Shown here in pieces: positions 38,279 to 47,279 of a DNA stretch of 64,000 bases. This DNA comes from a virus. A program made the translations under genes and the position numbers. The DNA lies in IMG/VR virus record IMGVR_UViG_3300005254_000003, positions 86-64,085 of that record; one strand, written 5' to 3'. Below the pieces are notes generated by a model. The model made no database searches. It was not told the DNA's origin and worked only from the letters and a program-made list of their open reading frames with translations. Position 1 is the stretch's first letter. Each line of letters begins with the position of its first letter.

Positions 38279-38656
38279 ATGCCGAAAATTCATACGTCTG
38301 TGTTGGGTGGGCAAAAACTTCTGGTCGGCAATGAAATCGTGGAATTCGACGCCGACGGTTTCGCCGATGTCACCGACGATATTGCGGCTACCGTTCTTCC
38401 GTTGAAAGGCTTTTCCAAAGTCAAAGAGGCTCAAGACGATGGAGGGGTGGTGTCGGATGATACCGGCGGTGCATCGGATGAAAAAACGGATGATGGTGCG
38501 AATGCTGCCGGTCCATTGAATGAAGCCGGCGCAGCCAAGGAAGAAAACACCCAGGACACAGCAGGGGCCACCGGGCGTGTTCCAGCCATCGACGATGAGG
38601 CGATCAAGAAAACCCGGGGGCGTAAACCGAAAAAGGACGCCGAAACCAATGAATAA
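38279..38656 (+). CDS. Hypothetical head-associated protein
   Basis: Short beta domain plus acidic low-complexity tail. Confidence 0.55.
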   Translation: MPKIHTSVLGGQKLLVGNEIVEFDADGFADVTDDIAATVLPLKGFSKVKEAQDDGGVVSDDTGGASDEKTDDGANAAGPLNEAGAAKEENTQDTAGATGRVPAIDDEAIKKTRGRKPKKDAETNE

Positions 38657-39059
38657 CCTTGATGAAGCATTGGTGAGATTGAACGAGCTGGAACCCGGCC
38701 TGCGTTCTTTAGATACCCTTTTTGCCCTTGGCGAAGTGATCAAGGGCGAAAAGGGGCACCACAATGCGGGGGATTTTGATCTTACCGTGTGGGAGCACAG
38801 CATGGACGGGTTCTCTGTTGGGGCTATCGTCAGGGCCAGAATGGACGGGAAGCCATTTCCGAGTCTGAATCAGTCTCAAAAAAAATGGATTCTATGCTGC
38901 AAGGGACGAATGAAAATTGTCTATGGCGAGAACATTAAGACCATGGGCGAGGGGGAGCGGCTGACGATCCCGTCCAAGACGCCCCATGAGATCTATCCGA
39001 TAACCGAGGATTGCTCGGCGATCATCGTTACGGTGCCTGCCGATCCCGGGATGAGATAA
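38649..39059 (+). CDS. Cupin-domain protein
   Basis: GEGERLTIPSKTPHEI; WEHS. Confidence 0.7.
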   Translation: MNNLDEALVRLNELEPGLRSLDTLFALGEVIKGEKGHHNAGDFDLTVWEHSMDGFSVGAIVRARMDGKPFPSLNQSQKKWILCCKGRMKIVYGENIKTMGEGERLTIPSKTPHEIYPITEDCSAIIVTVPADPGMR

Positions 39060-39467
39060 ATGTCTATGACTGACCAAAGATCCGTTGATTCATGGACTTC
39101 CTTTGCTGAATGGCGAGGTACTGTCAAAACAGCCCTTGATTTCATCAAAAGCAGCCTAAAACGGCTTGAGGCAGAAGACCAGGAACAATGGGAAACCATT
39201 GAGCAAGTCCGGGGGATGCTGGAAAAGGCCCGGGATCGGTGTGACCAACTAAGCCAGGGCCGGGCCACGAAAGCTGATGTTGATGCTTTGCGTGGCGAGT
39301 TGGATAAAAAAGCCAGCGCCAAGGATTTTGACGAGCTGAAAACGGAGGTCAACGCTCAAAGCAAGGTCCAAATCAAGCAGGGCGTGACCTTGCTTTTTTA
39401 TGGGACCATCGGCGGAGCCTTGTTCACGATCCTCCTTAATATGGCCACTCACTTTTTTAAAAAGTAG
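39060..39467 (+). CDS. Coiled-coil protein with C-terminal TM (holin/XhlA-like)
   Basis: TLLFYGTIGGALFTILLNM near the C-terminus. Confidence 0.55.
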   Translation: MSMTDQRSVDSWTSFAEWRGTVKTALDFIKSSLKRLEAEDQEQWETIEQVRGMLEKARDRCDQLSQGRATKADVDALRGELDKKASAKDFDELKTEVNAQSKVQIKQGVTLLFYGTIGGALFTILLNMATHFFKK

Positions 39468-39474
39468 GTATGCG

Positions 39475-40212
39475 ATGAAACTGCCGACACCTGAACTGAT
39501 CACCGGAAATTATCTGTTCGGAATCCCTTTGGTCGATGAAGACGGAAACGAGTTGGGGGAGCCGACTATCGAATACTGGATCGGCCAGGGGATCTCCTGG
39601 CTTGAAACAGAATTAATGATCCCGATCCAGCCGACCTCGATCCAAGAAACGCATGACTACTACATCGATGAGTATCAGCAATTTTGCTACCTTCAGCTTT
39701 ATCAATATCCCGTGATCTCTGTCGAGTCGCTGGTGGCAAGCTACGCTGGCCAGGAAATCATGACGTTTCCTGCCGATTGGATCCGGATTTACAAACAGAC
39801 CGGTCAGCTCCAGCTTGTGCCGACCACCGGCAGCTTGTCGCAAGTCCTCCTGGGGGCCGGGTCGGGTGTCTTGCTGCCGCTGATCACCGCCCGGTTATCG
39901 AATATGCCGCATTTGTTCAATGTGACCTACACGGCGGGTTTCGCCGAGGGACAGGTGCCCGGGGATATCGTTGACATGATCGCCATGAAGGCGTGCATCG
40001 GGTTGTTGAACATCCTGGGCGATATTTTGTTGGGTGCCGGTATCGCTTCCCAAAGTCTCAGCATCGATGGGTTGAGCGAAAGCATCAATACGACCCAGTC
40101 TGCGGAAAACTCCGCTTACAGCGCCCGCATCCGTCAGTATGAACGTCAAATCAAAGCCCAGTTGCCGAATCTGCGGGCACGATACAAAGGGCTCAGATTG
40201 GCGGTGGCATAA
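39475..40212 (+). CDS. Head-tail adaptor (neck 1)
   Basis: YLFGIPL, YTAGF...VPGDIVDMI, SLSIDGLSES. Confidence 0.8.
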   Translation: MKLPTPELITGNYLFGIPLVDEDGNELGEPTIEYWIGQGISWLETELMIPIQPTSIQETHDYYIDEYQQFCYLQLYQYPVISVESLVASYAGQEIMTFPADWIRIYKQTGQLQLVPTTGSLSQVLLGAGSGVLLPLITARLSNMPHLFNVTYTAGFAEGQVPGDIVDMIAMKACIGLLNILGDILLGAGIASQSLSIDGLSESINTTQSAENSAYSARIRQYERQIKAQLPNLRARYKGLRLAVA

Positions 40213-40871
40213 TGGCAGGCCGTGTTGATTTCAAAGTCGGATCCTTCGATGCCCTGGTCGATAAGCACGGGTACTACCTGGAGCATTATCAGGCCTTGCA
40301 ATGTCCTTGCTACGACCTGCAAACCGGCCATCCCGACCCGACTTGCTTATATTGTGAGCATGGCTGGCAGTACTATGGCCGGCAGGAAATCCAAGGGATC
40401 ATCACAGGCCTCCAGACGGACAAACAGTTCATCGAGCCGGGTGGATTGTTGCTTGGCACGATGCAGCTCACGGTCAAGGCCGAGGTGGATCTCGGGTATC
40501 ATGATCGCATCGTCAACCGGAAGTCGTTGATTGCGTTTTCCGAATTGCTCATCCGCGGGACCGGGGAAACAGACCGGGCCCGGTTTGAGATGGTGGATAT
40601 TCTTCGGGTGGTCGGCCCCGGCGGGGTGGTGTATGTGCCGATCCTTGATTACGAAGTTTCCGGCGGGCTGATCCGGTGGACGGGAACCGGGCAAGCGCCG
40701 GCAGCCGGCAGCCGTTATTCGGTTGCGTACCGGATGCACCCGACATGGCTTGTGTTGAGCCATGTTCATGTCGTTCGCGACACTCATATCAAATTCCGGC
40801 AGGTTGAGCCAATGCACCACCGGCTGCCGATTCAGGCAATCTGCAAACTTGAATATCTTTGGGAGGGGTAA
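40212..40871 (+). CDS. Head closure/neck 2 protein
   Basis: CPC...PTCLYC...LGYHDRI; follows the adaptor. Confidence 0.75.
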   Translation: MAGRVDFKVGSFDALVDKHGYYLEHYQALQCPCYDLQTGHPDPTCLYCEHGWQYYGRQEIQGIITGLQTDKQFIEPGGLLLGTMQLTVKAEVDLGYHDRIVNRKSLIAFSELLIRGTGETDRARFEMVDILRVVGPGGVVYVPILDYEVSGGLIRWTGTGQAPAAGSRYSVAYRMHPTWLVLSHVHVVRDTHIKFRQVEPMHHRLPIQAICKLEYLWEG

Positions 40872-40874
40872 ACC

Positions 40875-42464
40875 ATGGGTCTTTTTGATGAAGCATTGGC
40901 GAAAAGCCTTGAAACAGGGGATACAAAAGATCTTGCCCAGGTGGTGTTTCCCGGGGCCGAAAGTTTGGAAAAGGCCCATATCAAAGCCCATTTCCGGTTG
41001 AATCCCAAAACCGGGAAACGAGAATTCATCAAAGACTACGATGATGCCCGGCACAAAGATGAAGTACATGTCTCGTTTCACAAAGGGCACAAGGTCAAAG
41101 TGAACAATCCGAAATCCAAGCACCATGGCAAGGTGATGGAGGTGACTGGTTACTCGGAAAAATACGATGTCGTGCGGGGTAAAATTGATGGCGAGAAAAA
41201 CTCTGTCGATTTTCATGCAGACCACTTGGAGCATCATGGCGACAAGGCTGCTGCCCCTGATGCAAAAGAGGACAAAGAGCCGACCGGGAAAATCTCCGCC
41301 GAGCTGAAAGCGAAAATCGATAGCCTTTCTCCGACTGAAAAATTCACTGTCGTCAATGATTACTTGGGCCTTCGGGTTCATGCGGGTGATAAAAATTTCC
41401 GCGCCGACAAAGATGGTGGGACCGATCGGTTCCTGGCCCATGTCAATGTCAGAGATTTTCCAATCAAAAAGATCGAAGAAGCGGTCGATCGTATGTTGGA
41501 CCAAAAAGATCGGGGAAAAGTTGAACCACCGAAGCGGGATTATTCCAAAGGGGTTACGGTTGTCGTTACCAAGGTGGAGAGACTGCCTGGTGGCCAAGGC
41601 GACCGTGTTGCTTTCAGCTATGACGATGGCACTCCAGTAGAAGATAAAATCATGGCGGGTTGGTCCCACCGACATGGGCCCAGCAGCAGTGATCCCAATC
41701 CGGCTGCTATCAGGACCATGAGCACCTACAAGGTAGGGGAAAAATACAAGCTCACCCGCGACAATCGTGGAATGTGGGCCGAACCCCATCACACGAACAA
41801 GGTGGCCGAGGGTAAAGCCCCGACAGATACAGGGCCCAAGAAAGACCTTGATGTTAAAACTACTCCCGAAAAATTGAAATATGACAAATTCGGTGCCCAT
41901 GTGAAATCGGGCGTGAGCAGCGTTTCGGATGCCGAAAAGATTCTGATGGAGCACGGTTTCACCTGGGACAAGAGCGACAAGTCTGGATCGCTTGGAGGCG
42001 CCATCTATGAAAAAGACGGCAAGGGGGTTGCCCACTTCGATGCAGCGGGCAAAACCTTGACGATCTATGAGCCCAAGGAAAAATCGGATTCCAAGCCTGA
42101 CCAATCAAAGGCAACAGGTGCCCAAAAACAATGGGGGACGGAAAAGGAAATTGCGGCGCCGGATGCTGGCATCGGTCCAAAGAGTTTCGAGACGCGGTTT
42201 CCCCACATCAAAGAGTTTTTTGAACAGGCTGAGAATACCCTTGAACTCGGGAAGTTGAAAAAACAGGCCGCCAAATTCGCCGCGAGTAACCCCGAGGGGT
42301 GGAAGTGGGGGCCGATTGACCACTTTCACAAGGAACACGCTGAGACTTTGAGGCAGCTTGGTCGATCCGGTCACAAACAAACGGCCGCAGCAGAACACCG
42401 GATGGATACTTTACTTCGAACCCGGGATTCATCCGGGCGGGCAACGGCGAGAAGGCGTTCATAA
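40875..42464 (+). CDS. Virion-cargo-like protein with the same N-terminal module as the ART protein
   Basis: LEKAHIKAHFRLNPKTGKREFIKDYDD + HKVKVNNPKSKHHG...YSEKYDVVR. Confidence 0.8.
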   Translation: MGLFDEALAKSLETGDTKDLAQVVFPGAESLEKAHIKAHFRLNPKTGKREFIKDYDDARHKDEVHVSFHKGHKVKVNNPKSKHHGKVMEVTGYSEKYDVVRGKIDGEKNSVDFHADHLEHHGDKAAAPDAKEDKEPTGKISAELKAKIDSLSPTEKFTVVNDYLGLRVHAGDKNFRADKDGGTDRFLAHVNVRDFPIKKIEEAVDRMLDQKDRGKVEPPKRDYSKGVTVVVTKVERLPGGQGDRVAFSYDDGTPVEDKIMAGWSHRHGPSSSDPNPAAIRTMSTYKVGEKYKLTRDNRGMWAEPHHTNKVAEGKAPTDTGPKKDLDVKTTPEKLKYDKFGAHVKSGVSSVSDAEKILMEHGFTWDKSDKSGSLGGAIYEKDGKGVAHFDAAGKTLTIYEPKEKSDSKPDQSKATGAQKQWGTEKEIAAPDAGIGPKSFETRFPHIKEFFEQAENTLELGKLKKQAAKFAASNPEGWKWGPIDHFHKEHAETLRQLGRSGHKQTAAAEHRMDTLLRTRDSSGRATARRRS

Positions 42465-42466
42465 CA

Positions 42467-43225
42467 ATGCCTATTCAAATCGACATATCGGGCCATCTGC
42501 CGGCGGTGGGATATGATGAAGACGCCATGCGTGAGCGGGTCTTCACCCTCGCCGAGATGGCCCGGGGTGAATGGATCCGGCAGGCCCAAACCCATTTGGA
42601 GGGCAGCGCCGCCGATTATATCGCCGGAATCCAGCCTGTCGAAGTGGAAGGCAACTGGGCAACCGTGGCCCTGGTCGGGGAACTGCCCAATGCCATTGAA
42701 AACGGCAAGGCGCCTTTTGATATGAAGCCGGGGCTGCTGAAGGGGCCGAATGCCAAAACGGGGAAAAACGGCCGGTACAATACGGTTCCGTTTCGCCATG
42801 GCACGCCGGGAACGACTGGCAAGAGGGTAGGGGCTCCGATGACGATCACCGGCCACACGCCGAAAGGTACTCCAACGAGTTTGATCTATGCGGCGGCCAA
42901 ACGGGTCAAGGCCAGCAGTGAGAATGCGACGGGAAAGACAGTATGGGGCGGAAGAACAGGGGATTTCGGCGGCTACGGTATGCGAACCCAGCTCCCGGTC
43001 AAAGGGGGCCGTCCCGGGGCTTACACTTGGAAAACGAGCCCTTTTGCGGGGATGGTCAAGATAGCGAAAACCTATAAATCGGCGGTCCAGAACCAATACG
43101 TCACCTTCCGACGGGTGAGCGACAACAGCGATCCGTCTTCCTGGTGGCACCCGGGCATCAAAGCCCGGCGCTTTGTGAACCGGGTTCATGACTATCTCGC
43201 CGACGTGGTGAAAAGGATCATCTAA
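42467..43225 (+). CDS. Neck/tail-completion (virion morphogenesis) protein
   Basis: FDMKPGLL, YNTVPFRH, YVTFRRVSDNSDPSSWWHPG. Confidence 0.75.
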   Translation: MPIQIDISGHLPAVGYDEDAMRERVFTLAEMARGEWIRQAQTHLEGSAADYIAGIQPVEVEGNWATVALVGELPNAIENGKAPFDMKPGLLKGPNAKTGKNGRYNTVPFRHGTPGTTGKRVGAPMTITGHTPKGTPTSLIYAAAKRVKASSENATGKTVWGGRTGDFGGYGMRTQLPVKGGRPGAYTWKTSPFAGMVKIAKTYKSAVQNQYVTFRRVSDNSDPSSWWHPGIKARRFVNRVHDYLADVVKRII

Positions 43226-43855
43226 ATGCCAATCATGATGCCGGAAAAATCGATCATCGCGGCCCTGGCGGCTGGGCTGGCGGAGATCAAAGAGGATTTG
43301 ACCATCGTCGACGATATATTCGATGTCGATGTGCTGGGGGCTGCGTATATCGCCAAGGTCAAAGCCTATTTGACGGCCAACACGATCCACATCGGGCAGG
43401 GGTATGGGATCGATGATACGCGGCTGCCGGCCTGGTATGTGGTCCCGGCAAACATCACGCCCGATGAACAGCTTGTGGGCGCTTTCGTTGCCGATGATAA
43501 CAACGTGGATGATGAGTCCATCGATGCCGATGACATCCAGGGCGATTATCACCGGTACAATCTGCGGGTGATCAGTGCCAGCCTGAACGGCGACGTGACG
43601 ATGTTCCTTGAGGCTATCGCCCGGTACATTCTCATTCAAGCCGAGGTGTGGGCGGAGGAAAAAGGCTTTTACGAGCTGACCGTTTCGGCAACGGATTTTG
43701 ATCCGTTGTACCAGCATTTGCCTCAAAATTTGTTCTACCGTTCAACCATGTTGGGCTTCCGCGGGCTTTCGACGTGGAACAAGGCATATACCATCATCAG
43801 GGATGCCGAACTTTATATAAAATTTGATCCAAACGAAGACTTCATCGAAGTGTAA
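43226..43855 (+). CDS. Tail terminator-like protein
   Basis: Position upstream of the sheath; acidic alpha/beta protein. Confidence 0.65.
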   Translation: MPIMMPEKSIIAALAAGLAEIKEDLTIVDDIFDVDVLGAAYIAKVKAYLTANTIHIGQGYGIDDTRLPAWYVVPANITPDEQLVGAFVADDNNVDDESIDADDIQGDYHRYNLRVISASLNGDVTMFLEAIARYILIQAEVWAEEKGFYELTVSATDFDPLYQHLPQNLFYRSTMLGFRGLSTWNKAYTIIRDAELYIKFDPNEDFIEV

Positions 43856-43867
43856 GGAGGGGGTAAC

Positions 43868-44035
43868 ATGACGATTACGTTGACTGAGTTCTGCAAGAAA
43901 CTGTCTTTAAGCGACAAGCGGGTGGAGCTGATCGGTGGGTTTTTCCACTACATGAAATTCACCAAGAAAGTGGAGCGGGCCAGGGCCAAGGATTTTCAGA
44001 AGCAATATACCGATTTCTGCAACGCGCCTGCATAA
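43868..44035 (+). CDS. Small pre-sheath protein (55 aa), not in the ORF track
   Basis: AAGGAGG RBS; MTITLTEFCKKL... Confidence 0.6.
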   Translation: MTITLTEFCKKLSLSDKRVELIGGFFHYMKFTKKVERARAKDFQKQYTDFCNAPA

Positions 44036-44049
44036 TGGAGGGATAAATC

Positions 44050-46008
44050 ATGCCTGTATTTTTCAATGGACGGCTGTTGACGACCCCGGCGGTAGCCACC
44101 CGCATCGATGATTCGGCGATGGCCAACAAGAACCTGACGGTCGAGAACAACCTGGCGATCATCGGACAGAGTTTGGGCGGAACCCCCAAAACGGTGGTGA
44201 AGTTGGGGAACCCCAAGGAAGCAGTTGAATATTTCACCAGCGGCGAGCTGGTCGAGGCCATTAAAAAGGCGTTTTCCCCGTCGGCCGAAACGAATGCTCC
44301 CCAAAACATTTTTGCGGTGCGTGTGGATCCGGCGACCCAGTCCCATCTGGTACTGGCCCAGGATGTTGTTGCGGAAACCGGTATCGTCGGCAGCCTCGTG
44401 GGATTAGAGGCCCAACAGATCACCTTGGGCACCGTGGTTGGCACCGAGGATGGCTTTTACAATGGCTTTCGGATCAAAATGACCAGTGGGGCGGCAGTTG
44501 GCGAAACGAACCTGATCACTTCTTTCACCTATTCGACGCTGGTTTGTGATCTCCGATACGCCTGGCGCAATGCCCCGTCGGCCGGTGACACCTATGAACT
44601 GACCCCTGCTGCTTTGTGTGTCGAATCTTCGGATTACGGCAGTCAAACCACCCGGATCCGGATCAAGGTTCAAGACGGCACGGTTGATGGGACGAAATAT
44701 CTTGCCACCAGCATGGACAATCAGGAGTACATCAAGGATAACCTGGGGGCGACCTATTTCACCTTGCAGTACACCGGTGCCGCGGCCTCTGCTTTGGTTA
44801 CCGTTACGGCTGCCAGCATCGTGGTTTCTGCAGGTGTCCTCGGGGCGGAAACGACCTTGCTGACTTGCGATCTGACGGTTTACGATACCGTGTCCAAGGT
44901 GGTTGATTTCTTCGACGCCCATGCGGATCTGGTTGCTTCCTACAACCCGACCTATCGGGATTATGAAACCTACGGCAAGTTGGATTATGTGATCGATGCG
45001 AGCATTTTGACCGCTACGGGGATCACGGCCAACTTGCAAGCCATCGCCGACTGGCTGGATAGCCTGTCCGAATCTTTCGTCGATGTGTATCGACCGATTG
45101 AAGCCGGAGTCGTGCCGGCCAATATCGGGTACACGTTCCTGCATGGCGGGAATGCCACTACCCCGACGAACACCGACTGGCAGGATTGCTTCGATGCCCT
45201 CCAGACAGAGGATGTGCAGTGCGTCGTTCCGCTTTCCAGCTCCGCATCGATCCACGCCATGGCTGTGACGCATTGCGATTACATGAGCGACACGGCGGGT
45301 ATGGAACGACGTTGCATCGTCGGTGGCGCCATCGGGGAAACGATGGATGCGGTGGCCCTCCGGGCATATAACATTAACCATGACCGGTGCTATCTGGCGA
45401 CGCCGGGCTACAAAGATTACAATGCCAATGGCATTCTGGTCGAATATGCCCCGTACATGATGGCAGCTCTGCTTGGCGGGATGATCACCGGCAGCGACCC
45501 GGGAACCAGTCTGACCAACAAAACCATCACCATCCAGGGCTTGATCCAGAAATACCGCATTCCGACCGATACGGACGATCTGATCAAGGCTGGCGTGATC
45601 GCGGTGGCTGAAACCCGGGAAGGGTACAAGGTTATTCAATCCTGCTCCACCTGGCTGTCCAACGACAACTATAACCGCGTGGAAATGGGAACCGGCTTTG
45701 CCGTCGATTATGTGGCCCGGAACGTCCGCAACTCCCTCCGGACCTTGATCGGCAAGAAAGGCACTCCGGCAATCCTCGGACGGGCTGTGTCCATCGTCGA
45801 AAACACCTGCAAGGAACTGGCCCGCCCGGCTCCTTTGGGCCCGGAAGTCATCACCGGCGACGATGCCAACCCGGCTTACAAGAACATCACCGCCGAGCTG
45901 GAGGGCGACGTTCTGCGGGTCTTTTTCCAGTGCAGCCCGGTGGTGCCGGTCAACTACATCCCGGTTGGCATTTCCATCGTGCCTTACAGCGGATCGGCGG
46001 CAGTTTAA
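44050..46008 (+). CDS. Tail sheath protein
   Basis: SGELVEAI, VRVDPATQS, ALQTEDVQCVVPL, DYVARNVR, PVVPVNYI. Confidence 0.92.
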   Translation: MPVFFNGRLLTTPAVATRIDDSAMANKNLTVENNLAIIGQSLGGTPKTVVKLGNPKEAVEYFTSGELVEAIKKAFSPSAETNAPQNIFAVRVDPATQSHLVLAQDVVAETGIVGSLVGLEAQQITLGTVVGTEDGFYNGFRIKMTSGAAVGETNLITSFTYSTLVCDLRYAWRNAPSAGDTYELTPAALCVESSDYGSQTTRIRIKVQDGTVDGTKYLATSMDNQEYIKDNLGATYFTLQYTGAAASALVTVTAASIVVSAGVLGAETTLLTCDLTVYDTVSKVVDFFDAHADLVASYNPTYRDYETYGKLDYVIDASILTATGITANLQAIADWLDSLSESFVDVYRPIEAGVVPANIGYTFLHGGNATTPTNTDWQDCFDALQTEDVQCVVPLSSSASIHAMAVTHCDYMSDTAGMERRCIVGGAIGETMDAVALRAYNINHDRCYLATPGYKDYNANGILVEYAPYMMAALLGGMITGSDPGTSLTNKTITIQGLIQKYRIPTDTDDLIKAGVIAVAETREGYKVIQSCSTWLSNDNYNRVEMGTGFAVDYVARNVRNSLRTLIGKKGTPAILGRAVSIVENTCKELARPAPLGPEVITGDDANPAYKNITAELEGDVLRVFFQCSPVVPVNYIPVGISIVPYSGSAAV

Positions 46009-46026
46009 TTTTGTTCTGCTGTTACA

Positions 46027-46038
46027 GTAACGGATTAC
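46027..46038. promoter_or_regulatory. Palindrome 9 (divergent spacer)
   Basis: GTAACGGATTAC. Confidence 0.55.
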
Positions 46039-46087
46039 TTTTGAAACATGGGGGCCGGATGGCCCCCATTATCCAGGAGGCCATATC

Positions 46088-46507
46088 ATGAGAGAGAATC
46101 TCAAAGTTCGTTCCGCGAACCTGGCCCGGGTCTTGATCGACGGCGAGGAAGTGGGATTGATGCAAAATATCAACATGAGCGATGACTACGGGCCGGAGGG
46201 GGCGTCGGGCATCGGCGACATCCATGTGCAAGAGCATGTTCCGACCATGGCTCGGCACAGCATTTCGTGTTCCAAAATGGCCCTGCGTACCGCCGGCCTG
46301 TACGCCAAAGGGATCGTTCCGGAAAACGGCGAAGAGGCCCTCCGAGGCCTGGTCGTCGACATCGAGGTGTTGGACAAAAACACCGGTGAGGTGTTGCGGA
46401 AATACCTGTTTTGCACCTTCGCCTCCGGCAGCATTGAAGTGAGCAAACATGCCATCATCAGTTATCAGTCCCAATGGATGGCGCTCGATGTCGCCGGGAA
46501 AATGTAA
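46088..46507 (+). CDS. Tail tube protein
   Basis: VGLMQNIN.SDDYG...GIGD..VQEHVP; follows the sheath. Confidence 0.85.
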   Translation: MRENLKVRSANLARVLIDGEEVGLMQNINMSDDYGPEGASGIGDIHVQEHVPTMARHSISCSKMALRTAGLYAKGIVPENGEEALRGLVVDIEVLDKNTGEVLRKYLFCTFASGSIEVSKHAIISYQSQWMALDVAGKM

Positions 46508-46518
46508 CTCCCTTATCC

Positions 46519-46574
46519 AAGCCCAAACCTCTGGCGGTGAACCTCCCTCCCTCCGCCACGTTTGGGCTTTCTTG
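46519..46574 (+). terminator. Terminator after the tube gene
   Basis: AAGCCCAAAC / GTTTGGGCTT stem followed by TCTT. Confidence 0.6.
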
Positions 46575-46592
46575 TATCTGTAGGATGAATCG

Positions 46593-46637
46593 TTGACGAA
46601 GGCCCTGGAACCTTATAGAATAAAAGTAATCAATTAC
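46593..46637 (+). promoter_or_regulatory. sigma70 promoter plus palindrome 10
   Basis: TTGACG-N17-TAGAAT, then GTAATCAATTAC at 46626-46637. Confidence 0.8.
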
Positions 46638-46654
46638 ATTGAAAGGAAAATATC

Positions 46655-47014
46655 ATGCTAAAACCATCGGAAAAACAATTCACCAAAGAGATCGAGAACC
46701 TGGGCAAATTCACTTTCCGTTTCCCCACGCTGACGGATGAAATCCAAGCCGACAACATCTCGGCGAAGCTGCTCGGGGAAAACCGCAATCCTGCCATTGC
46801 GACCAACAACATCGCGGTCATGATCGGCACATTGAAGGTGGCTATCGTGGAAGCTCCAAAGGATTTTGATCTCGATGAGATCTACTCTCCCGAGGAACTG
46901 GAGATCGTCTATAACGCCTTTTCCGAACAGGTGTCATCCTTTCGTCGCCAATCTGCGTTCGCAAAACAGACGGGAGCTAAAACAGAGGGCGCTGGAACAG
47001 GCGAAGGAGCTTAA
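46655..47014 (+). CDS. Tail assembly chaperone (G-like)
   Basis: Lies between tube and TMP; ends ...SSFRRQS. Confidence 0.75.
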   Translation: MLKPSEKQFTKEIENLGKFTFRFPTLTDEIQADNISAKLLGENRNPAIATNNIAVMIGTLKVAIVEAPKDFDLDEIYSPEELEIVYNAFSEQVSSFRRQSAFAKQTGAKTEGAGTGEGA

Positions 47015-47279
47015 ATACTGGTTCCGGCAAAAGTACAATTTGCCGCCCACCGATCCCCGTTACCTTGAAATGACGGGCATTGAGATCGAAATGGAGTTCA
47101 TGAGCCACCTCTACCGGGAGGTGTTGGACAAGGGGCGGGAACCTGATCTCGATGAATTTGAAACGACCGAGGTGGATAAGGCCATCGAACAGTGGGCGAA
47201 GGAAGACGACGAAATTCTCGACGCCTATGCCTTGCGAAATAGCCGGCATCTTTGGGAGGAAGTAAACATCCATGAGTGA
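46941..47279 (+). CDS. Tail chaperone T-like segment, probably reached by +1 frameshift
   Basis: LKYWFRQKYNLPPTDPRYL motif in the +1 frame; no good RBS/ATG of its own. Confidence 0.6.
   Translation, partial: FVANLRSQNRRELKQRALEQAKELKYWFRQKYNLPPTDPRYLEMTGIEIEMEFMSHLYREVLDKGREPDLDEFETTEVDKAIEQWAKEDDEILDAYALRNSRHLWEEVNIHE

Noticed and set aside
40347-43726. 585-aa and 451-aa minus-strand ORFs
   Set aside because: Fully overlap well-supported + strand neck and cargo genes
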